A stretch of 64,000 nucleotides of DNA from an uncultured virus (IMG/VR IMGVR_UViG_3300042294_002635) (Duplodnaviria > Heunggongvirae > Uroviricota > Caudoviricetes), in the IMG/VR virus record IMGVR_UViG_3300042294_002635, one strand, 5' to 3'. The notes under the pieces are model-generated. The model made no database searches and was not told the DNA's origin. It saw only the letters and a program-made list of their open reading frames with translations. Shown here one piece after another: positions 39,781-47,415 of the stretch (positions are counted from its first letter, which is position 1; every line of letters starts with the position of its first letter). The position numbers and the translations under genes were made by a program.

Positions 39781-40567
39781 GTCCAGCAATTCCGCTGACA
39801 CAGACTCCTCCTATGACTCAAACACACTAACATAAGATAATGGTAACCGCAGAAGTTTACGCAGCAGCACAAAAGAAAGCTAGCATTCGGGGGCACAATG
39901 GCTGAGAAAACTTTTCCGCTACAAGTAGTCGGGGTTGAGTATGAATGCGACGAGTGTGAAAGTGGAACAATGCAGCCTTACGGCACCGTTGCCTGGCTAA
40001 CTGAACCCCTACAATACCCGCACAGGTGCTCAACCTGCGGAGCAACTAGGGGGCTTCCCGAGAAGTACCCCACCGTGCGTCACTTACGCATATTACCCGT
40101 CGATGACATTCCTGTTGATGAATGGTGAAGTAAATGAGTAGCATCCCTGGTCTCACCCTTGAGTCCTACATAATGTGGAACCATAACCTTGTCGTTATTA
40201 GGTATCTCAGTGCAAACACATCTCTTCAGATCGCTGAAGCACTCGGAATAAACACCCGCAGGGTAAGCCTATCCAAGGCGCAATTTGAAACGATCCTCGC
40301 GATTTACGAGCCGTACCGAACAATCGTGGAGACCCGGTTAGAAGACTTTGACGAAGAGACTCAGTCCTGGCGAACCTACGCTGGTTCCTGCTTCAATGAC
40401 ATAGAGGACGCCATTGGAGACGAGGTGTCACGGGCTTTACACAATTTTTCTGCAGAAAGGAATATAAAACTTCCATGCGACAATGTTTGAAATTTTGTAC
40501 TCAACCCTCGGTACTATCGCCGGTTGTTTCTTGCTGTCCCTTCTAATTATCGACCTTTTGGGAATAA

Positions 40568-40801
40568 ATGACTAAGCACAAACTCAGCCCTGAAGCCGAA
40601 GCCGCATGGAACGCCTACTGCGACGTTGCAGACCGAATCGGAGTTTTTGAAGACACCGGGGAAGCACTAGCTGCTTTTCTTCGAGAACTGATAACGCAGA
40701 TTGAATTTAGAGGTGAACTCGGACTAACACCGCTTGGCGCACATGGACATTACCAGGAGAAGTTGTACGCGATTGCAACTGAGTTGGAGAGGCACGGTTA
40801 A
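40568..40801 (+). CDS. LSPxA family small protein
   Basis: LSPEAEAAW...LAAFLRE...LYAIATELE. Confidence 0.6.
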   Translation: MTKHKLSPEAEAAWNAYCDVADRIGVFEDTGEALAAFLRELITQIEFRGELGLTPLGAHGHYQEKLYAIATELERHG

Positions 40802-40858
40802 CCGGCTGCTCTGGGGCGGTTTACCCCCCTTGCCTTTCCGTAAGGAAAGCGGTATAGT
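40795..40858 (+). promoter_or_regulatory. Conserved early-promoter-like element
   Basis: CGGTTAAC, GGCGGTTT, TTGCCT-17-TATAGT, palindrome CTTTCC-GTAA-GGAAAG. Confidence 0.8.
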
Positions 40859-40894
40859 TACCTTATACGTACTCGTACAGACTCAACTTTTAAC

Positions 40895-41671
40895 ATGCAA
40901 CCCACAGACTTTTACGTTCGGAGCCCAAAGTCCATAGAATGGCTCGGGTCTATTTCCTCCGACGGTGGTGTTCTTGAAACTATTTGTCCGGAAATCACGT
41001 TCGTTACCTCCGCGCACGAGTTCCGGTCCGAAATCAGGCGCATAGCCAAACGGGACGACTTTCACTCTCCTGAAGAGGGTTGGCCCTGGAAATGGAAAAC
41101 CAGCGCATCTACCGACTTTTGTTATGTCTTTACGAAGGACCAAGTGGATGTCTACAAGTTTGGCCGAAAGAGGTCTTTCACCGAAGACGACACTGCCGTA
41201 TACTCTAGCCGAAAAGACACTTGGTTCCCGGACATGTCGAGTGCTAAGAGCACTGTGACTCTTTCCGGTACTAAGACTCCAAAACTAGAGTTTCTTGAGA
41301 TATCGGCAGAAGTGAGGTACTGGGAAGACGCGACAGTCAATGAGACAATTGACAAAGACGGATCCCTTATCCCCCTCAGGACCGGTAAGTGTTGGACTCC
41401 AACCATTCGCCTGAAAGACGGCCAGGTAATGGAGTGGCCCTATGGAGTCACTGCCGAAATTTACTACAAAGTGTGCGATCAAGGTGAGTACTGGCTCAGG
41501 GACTCTCAGCACCGCTTATTTAAGTACCGTGGGGAGTACGTTCCTGACGAGTATTTGTGCAAAGGTGACGCGGGGTTCGGCGACTACATTATCTTGTCTA
41601 TCGACAAAGCCGGTAAAGTTCGAAACTGGTGGAGACCGAAGTTCAAGGCGAACGAGTGGGACGCTGTATGA
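40895..41671 (+). CDS. Two-domain phage hypothetical protein
   Basis: DFYV...EWLGSI..DG / GWPW.W N-terminal half; VRYWEDA.VN...YKVCDQGEY...GDYII C-terminal half. Confidence 0.65.
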   Translation: MQPTDFYVRSPKSIEWLGSISSDGGVLETICPEITFVTSAHEFRSEIRRIAKRDDFHSPEEGWPWKWKTSASTDFCYVFTKDQVDVYKFGRKRSFTEDDTAVYSSRKDTWFPDMSSAKSTVTLSGTKTPKLEFLEISAEVRYWEDATVNETIDKDGSLIPLRTGKCWTPTIRLKDGQVMEWPYGVTAEIYYKVCDQGEYWLRDSQHRLFKYRGEYVPDEYLCKGDAGFGDYIILSIDKAGKVRNWWRPKFKANEWDAV

Positions 41672-41748
41672 GCGATCCCCCAGGTATTAAGGAAGATTGT
41701 CCCATAACATTTCGCCTAGCATTTTCTAGGTAACACTACTGCAACACA

Positions 41749-42855
41749 ATGAAAACAAAAACCGCAGCAACCGCAGCAACTGTCTTGGCTTTGACTTTCG
41801 CCTTAGCAACCCTGCTCTCGGCAACACCGGCACTCGCAGCGTCAGCCGGACGAATAAGCGGACGGAGCTTTCGCAGTTCGTCTAGCTATAGCCGACCATC
41901 TCGGTCCCCAAGTTTCGGGAGTAGTCGCTCCAGCTCTCCAAGCTATAGGGCCTCTCCCTCACCGGTGCTAAGAAGCACCCCTGCACCGGGGCTGAGTAGA
42001 AGTCCAAGCTACTACGGTGGCAGCCCTTCGAGAACGTACCGAACAACACTACCCTACAGCAACCCAGGGAGCAACAGAACGAACATCATTGTGATGCCGG
42101 ACATGACACCGAACGTTTATCCGGTTGCTCCTCCACTTTATTCGTCGCAAGTGGCACCAGTGCCGCAAACACCTGTGAGTCCCGCATTCTTTTTTGGGAT
42201 TCTTGCTGTGTTGGGGGTCGGGGGCTTGGCCATCTTTCTGCTGGCCGGGGGTTGGGACAACTTTGTGAGCCCATGGGTGAGTACTCAGCGGGACAAGCTT
42301 AGAAAGACGACCGTAGTGAGGCAGCGAGTGGCCTTGCTTGCGTCTGCAAAGGACCTACAAACAGACCTAATTCGACTGGCTCGGCGAGGGGACACGGACA
42401 GCCCAGAGGGTCTCTCGAAGATCCTGCAAGAAACTTCCCTCGCCCTTCTTCGCCACCCCGACAAAGTTGTTTACGCGTGGAGCAGTACTGAGCAAGTGGC
42501 GCCTGACGACGCAGAAAGCCGATTCGACCAACTTTCCATGGGAGAACGCTCGAAGGCATCAAAGGAAGTTCTCACGAATGTGGGCGGGAGCATCTCAGAG
42601 CGTAAGGTCAAACCCCAAAGGGGCGTAAGGGAGAACGAGTATATCCTTGTGAGCGTTCTTGTGGCGTCGGACCGGAAACTGGATCTCAAACTGTCGGACT
42701 CGCACGAGAGCTTGAACGCCAATCTTGTAACCCTTGGTTCAGTCTCTCCTGAGGATCTGGTGGCACTGGAAATTATTTGGCAGCCTGAAGACGAGTATGA
42801 TGTTCTGTCAAAGGATGAACTTTTGAGCCTGTATCCTGACTTAAACGTTCTGTAG
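41749..42855 (+). CDS. DUF1517 family membrane protein (FLAP1/FlpA-like)
   Basis: Signal peptide, ALAASAGRISGRSFR, Ser/Pro linker, TM helix, QVALLA-like strand, LQETSLALLRHP, F.QLS..ERSK.S.E.L.NV, EYILV, EIIWQP. Confidence 0.88.
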   Translation: MKTKTAATAATVLALTFALATLLSATPALAASAGRISGRSFRSSSSYSRPSRSPSFGSSRSSSPSYRASPSPVLRSTPAPGLSRSPSYYGGSPSRTYRTTLPYSNPGSNRTNIIVMPDMTPNVYPVAPPLYSSQVAPVPQTPVSPAFFFGILAVLGVGGLAIFLLAGGWDNFVSPWVSTQRDKLRKTTVVRQRVALLASAKDLQTDLIRLARRGDTDSPEGLSKILQETSLALLRHPDKVVYAWSSTEQVAPDDAESRFDQLSMGERSKASKEVLTNVGGSISERKVKPQRGVRENEYILVSVLVASDRKLDLKLSDSHESLNANLVTLGSVSPEDLVALEIIWQPEDEYDVLSKDELLSLYPDLNVL

Positions 42856-43086
42856 AAATAAAGTGCAAAAGAAGTGTCGTACAGGCACTTCCTTGGTCAC
42901 TTTGAGAATCCTTATTGCTTACAAGGTAAGATGACTAACCAAAGAGAACCCCCACAGGAGAAAGCGGCCAAATGGCAGTGGGGTGACGAGCTACAAGAAC
43001 GAAAGCTGCCGTCTCCTGAGGAACAAGCCTTAGCTGAAGCTGAGCACTCACTGCGAATGGCAGCAGCGGGCCTACAGCTAGAAAAA

Positions 43087-43150
43087 GCGGATAACCGCCC
43101 TGAGCGGGGCGGTTTAGGCCCTTGCTTCATCGCGACAAAACCGCTAAAGT
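43087..43150 (+). promoter_or_regulatory. Conserved early-promoter-like element
   Basis: GCGGATAAC, GGCGGTTT, TTGCTT-17-TAAAGT. Confidence 0.75.
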
Positions 43151-43386
43151 AAATGTATGGAAAACTTCCGCGCCATTTGCGCTGCCCTACTCGACGAGAT
43201 ACCCTACGAGTCCCCCACAACGTGCCTCGCACTTGCAGCGTTGAAAGAGTCGCAGGTAAAGGGACCGACTGAAAAAGACATCTTCAATCTCATTTCTTGG
43301 ATGATTGACCAGAGAGTTATTGATAACGACTCCGGTGAAATATCTGAGGCGATACAGAGAGTAATTGACTTGTTTAGGGAAACACT

Positions 43387-44022
43387 GTGAAAATCAGATT
43401 TATTGGTGATGTTCATTGCAAATGGTCGAAGTATGAAAAGTTGATTAAAGGCTGCGACCGCTCTCTTCAAGTGGGAGACTTCGGTGTGGGTTTCATCGAC
43501 CCGAAGACCGAGAAGCCATACAGCAGCCCACCCTACGACGCGATGTCAAAAGGCGAACACTTTTTCGTGAGAGGGAACCACGACAGCCCCGGTGCCTGCA
43601 AAAGACACCCCTACTGGGTGAAAGATGGGGGCTCGGTGTTCGGTCGCGACGACATTTTTTGTGTGGGTGGAGCTTACTCCATCGACAGGGACCGGAGAGC
43701 CGAGCGCTACGACTGGTGGCCAGACGAAGAGCTTTCTTACGGAGAGCTTTCCAACATTATGGACGCGTATGAGCTTGTGAAGCCGAAGGTTGTCGTCACG
43801 CATGAGTGCCCGGACTCTGTAATTTCCCTGGTTTGTCACAAAGTGGGGATGCACAAATTTGATATTCCTTCGGTAACACGAAGGTGTTTCGACAACATGT
43901 TCGAGATTCATAAACCGGACCTTTGGATTCATGGCCACTGGCACTTTGACCACCATACGGTACAAAACGGGGTCGAGTTTATTGGTTTGGGGGAACTTTC
44001 CTTTCTTGACTTGGATGTCTAA
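43387..44022 (+). CDS. Metallophosphoesterase
   Basis: GDVH, QVGDFG, RGNHD, GGAYSID, THECP, HGHWH. Confidence 0.88.
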   Translation: MKIRFIGDVHCKWSKYEKLIKGCDRSLQVGDFGVGFIDPKTEKPYSSPPYDAMSKGEHFFVRGNHDSPGACKRHPYWVKDGGSVFGRDDIFCVGGAYSIDRDRRAERYDWWPDEELSYGELSNIMDAYELVKPKVVVTHECPDSVISLVCHKVGMHKFDIPSVTRRCFDNMFEIHKPDLWIHGHWHFDHHTVQNGVEFIGLGELSFLDLDV

Positions 44023-44397
44023 TCTATGAAAATTTTTGAGAGTTTGTACCGGGCGTTTTCTAACTTTGAGTCAACTGACTATGAGGTTGCCTTTGAGAGT
44101 TTCCCCACCAACGTCATTACCCGCTTTTTGACTGGTAAACGTACTTACCTAAAGTATTACATTAGGCGAGAGCCTTCATTAAAGGATGGTAATCTCATCT
44201 TAACCTGTAACACTGACGGCAGTTACTGGGACTTCAGAGATGTTGCACGTTGGGGGGTTTCGAGATTATGAAAAGATATTCTATTGGCAAAACTCTGACG
44301 ATGCCGTAAGTGTAATCATGACAGCTAGAACTCGTCAAAGTGCCGATACTTCTAAAGACACCGTTGTTTTTTCCACAAAAGATCTTAGTTCCTTGCC

Positions 44398-45309
44398 ATG
44401 ACTTATGACGAAAGTATAGATAAAGTGGTTAAGGAAGATTGTATTTTAGCAGTTAAAAAGCTACCTGAAAACTATGCTCACTTGATACTGAGCGACATCC
44501 CCTACGGCATATCGACGGAAACTTGGGATGTTTTGCACAATAACAATAACTCAGCATTATTGGGATCAAGCCCAGCTCAGCGTAAAGCTGGAGATGTTTT
44601 TAAGAGGAGGGGGAAACCTATCAACGGTTGGTCAAAGGAAGACCGTAAGATACCCTTCGAATACTACGAGTGGTGCCTAAGTTGGGCTCCCGACTGGTTA
44701 AGAGTTGTTAAACCTGGGGGGACTGTATTTATACTCCCCGGTAGAAGATTTGCACATAGGTGCATTAGCGCCATGGAGGACTCAGGTTTCAACTTTAGAG
44801 ACACTTTGGTTTGGGAGAAACCCGGTGCTGCCCACAGAGCCCAGAGAGTTTCTTCCGTTTTCGATAGGAGGGGTTCAGAGGTAGACTCTGAAACTTGGAA
44901 AGGTTGGAAGTTGGGAAACTTGAGACCTATCTGGGAACCTGTACTATGGTTTTCAAAGCCCTATCCATCAACTATTACGGATAACATCCTGAAACACGGG
45001 GTTGGGGCTTTCAATGAGCAAGCCTTCTTAAAGTATCAGAGTTACCCCAATAACATTATCTCCTTGGGTTATGGTACTGGAGAACGTGGTATGCACCCCC
45101 ACCAGAAACCTTTATCACTAATGAAAGCATTGATCGATCTCACTACTAAAGAGAACCAGCTTGTGCTGGATCCTTTTTGCGGTAGTGGGACTACTTTGGT
45201 CGCCGCTAAGGAGTTAGGTAGACATTTCCTTGGTTATGACAATGACGGGGAGTGTGTAAAAACTTGCAAGTCAAGGTTAAGAAACCTAAGAGAAATCAAT
45301 AATGACTAA
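44398..45309 (+). CDS. Beta-class amino DNA methyltransferase, M.HindIII-like, no cognate endonuclease in window
   Basis: SDIPYG, WDVLH.N.NSAL.G.S.AQ, FKRRGKP.NGWS, HRAQR.S.VF.RRG, NLRP..EP.LWF.KPY, QKP, DPFCGSGTT. Confidence 0.88.
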   Translation: MTYDESIDKVVKEDCILAVKKLPENYAHLILSDIPYGISTETWDVLHNNNNSALLGSSPAQRKAGDVFKRRGKPINGWSKEDRKIPFEYYEWCLSWAPDWLRVVKPGGTVFILPGRRFAHRCISAMEDSGFNFRDTLVWEKPGAAHRAQRVSSVFDRRGSEVDSETWKGWKLGNLRPIWEPVLWFSKPYPSTITDNILKHGVGAFNEQAFLKYQSYPNNIISLGYGTGERGMHPHQKPLSLMKALIDLTTKENQLVLDPFCGSGTTLVAAKELGRHFLGYDNDGECVKTCKSRLRNLREINND

Positions 45310-45311
45310 AT

Positions 45312-45385
45312 CACCATACGGTGTACAAAGGTGTGGAATTTATTGGTCTCGGTGAGCTATCCTTCCTCGACATGGACGTTTAATC
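45312..45385 (+). repeat. Diverged duplicate of the 3' end of the metallophosphoesterase gene (43951-44024)
   Basis: HHTVYKGVEFIGLGELSFLDMDV* versus HHTVQNGVEFIGLGELSFLDLDV*. Confidence 0.9.
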
Positions 45386-45509
45386 AAGCCCCCACTCATA
45401 GGGAACGTTGTACGAAGGTCAATTACAAGGAAGCTACACCGCTATACTAAGTTTGTGGCACCCTTCTTTCTCCCTATGAGCCTTAACTCAAAACCACCAT
45501 TAAAGCAAA

Positions 45510-46079
45510 ATGACAACAGTAATTAACCTCTTCGGCGGTTCCGGTTGCGGAAAATCAACCACAGCTGCGCTCCTCTTCGCCAAAATGAAGCTGGCCGGCA
45601 TTCACGTTGAACTTGTAAGAGAGTATGTGAAGTACTGGGCGTGGAACGACCGCAAAGTGCGTGAGTGGGACCAACTCTACCTCCTCGGTAAGCAAAGCGC
45701 CTACGAGAGCATGCTGTACGGCAAAGTTGACTACATTGTCACCGACAGCCCTATACTTCTGGCAGGAATCTACCAAGACTACCGGTCTCAAGGCAAAGAC
45801 ACGTACGTAAGTTCCGCCGCTCAATCCTTCATGGCTCACGCAGAGGAAAGGGGTGTAACGTACAAGAATTTCTTCCTAAATCGCATCAAGCCCTTTGACC
45901 CTCGCGGACGTTACGAAACCGAGGATCAAGCCAAAAAGGTTGACGAGTTTGTCTACGACTATCTGTGCAAGTATAGTGGATTCCGCCCAATTACAATATC
46001 TGGACCGGACGAACGCAGGGACACAGAGATTTTGAGCTATCTTGGTGAGCTGCATTTCAAGGAGGCTCCCTCGCTGTGA
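45510..46079 (+). CDS. P-loop nucleotide-kinase-like protein (AAA_28 / NadR-like)
   Basis: INLFGGSGCGKST, EYVK, TDSP, GR. Confidence 0.8.
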   Translation: MTTVINLFGGSGCGKSTTAALLFAKMKLAGIHVELVREYVKYWAWNDRKVREWDQLYLLGKQSAYESMLYGKVDYIVTDSPILLAGIYQDYRSQGKDTYVSSAAQSFMAHAEERGVTYKNFFLNRIKPFDPRGRYETEDQAKKVDEFVYDYLCKYSGFRPITISGPDERRDTEILSYLGELHFKEAPSL

Positions 46080-46274
46080 CACTAACTTTCCGAGAACTTT
46101 TAGAAAGTTTGCAGACTTTTTCTAACGATGACCTGGACAAGGACGCTACTGTGGGGGTAGACGGGGAATTTTTTGGAGTGTCGCACTTTGGAGTGTCCAC
46201 CTGTTTGGACGACACACCGCTTGATGAAGGTCACCCTTTTCTTTCAATAGCAACAAGATAGAGTGTTGCCTTAG

Positions 46275-46317
46275 GGCGGTTTCCCGGCTTGCTTTGCTGG
46301 GGCAAAACCGCTATAAT
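46275..46317 (+). promoter_or_regulatory. Conserved early-promoter-like element
   Basis: GGCGGTTT, TTGCTT-17-TATAAT, palindrome TTTGC-TGGG-GCAAA. Confidence 0.8.
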
Positions 46318-46540
46318 ACGTTCATAACACCTGAAAACCAATGTCATACGACCCGGACTCAGATACCTACCCCTTCAACGACAGCGAGACTCTGTTAAAC
46401 TTCCTGGACCGTCTTCTACTGGAGTCCGTGTCGTGCGAAGGCGGGCTTGTGCCCCTCACAGTCTCAAGGATGGAGCGAATCGCTAAGCTAACTGAAGGTG
46501 TCTCAATTGACGATTGACCTTGACCCCCGTTGGGCGGTGA

Positions 46541-46603
46541 GCGGTTAGCCCCCTTGCCGTGGGCGGTTTCCCCGTTTGTTTTCCAGAAGGAAAACACTAT
46601 ATT
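46541..46603 (+). promoter_or_regulatory. Conserved early-promoter-like element (last copy in window)
   Basis: GCGGTTAG, GGCGGTTT, TTGTTT-16-TATATT, palindrome GTTTTCC-AGAA-GGAAAAC. Confidence 0.75.
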
Positions 46604-46627
46604 ATTTACGTGACCTTCGAAGAACCA

Positions 46628-46894
46628 ATGTCATTCAACCCCGACTGGGCTTCACCTCCAGGGTATATCGTAGAGGAGTTACGCCTAGAGCGTAGAATTT
46701 CTCTTCACGACTTTGCGGGAGAAACAGGGTTAACCGTGCCCGAAGTCCTTGAACTTGAGGAGGGGACCCTTCGCATTGACCCTCATCTTGCTGAGCGCCT
46801 TGAGTACGTGTTCGGACAGCCCCCTGAAAAGTTTTGGCTCACCCTTCAACTAAACTACGACAATGATCTTAAAAGAGGAAGAAAGCATGATTGA
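46628..46894 (+). CDS. Orphan HigA-like XRE HTH antitoxin/regulator
   Basis: FNPDWASPPG, FA..TG, I...LAERLEYVFG....FWL.LQ.NYD. Confidence 0.8.
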   Translation: MSFNPDWASPPGYIVEELRLERRISLHDFAGETGLTVPEVLELEEGTLRIDPHLAERLEYVFGQPPEKFWLTLQLNYDNDLKRGRKHD

Positions 46895-47415
46895 GCTACT
46901 TGTGACAGAGAACAAAAGCATTGATCCCGCACGATTTTACCGAAACCGAGTTCGAGTCTTTCTCGACAGAAACTACAACTATGGTATGTGGGTAGACGAA
47001 GACAAATTGTTTGACCTTTTGTCGCTGGAGCAGAAAAAACAGTACCTTGTTGACAGATCCCCTAGTGGATGCAAGTACAATGTTACACGAGAGGTAGCAC
47101 AGAGGGTTCTTGCAGTGGGACACACTCACCTCAGTAAGCAGAAACTCCGCCCATGCTTGTGACTCCTCGCAGGGTGACAGACGCTGCCGAAATAGTTGTT
47201 AAGACCCTTCGCCATCAGGCTCTGTCCCACTTGTACAAAGAGGACCAAGTTCTGAGAGAGATGCTGGAAAAGTTTAACAGCAAGGACTCATGGGGTTGGA
47301 CCTCCCAGACTCTTGCCGATCACTGGCTGCAGAGCAATGGCTTGTGGGATTTGAACGACAATAACAAAGCCACCCTTCTTTGACAATCGAATTAACCTTG
47401 TAATCACCCTATGAA

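Noticed and set aside
67..46603. GGCGGTTT repeats as a CRISPR array or integron attC sites
   Set aside because: Copies are degenerate, irregularly spaced over kilobases and have -35/-10 geometry; no cas or integrase gene is seen
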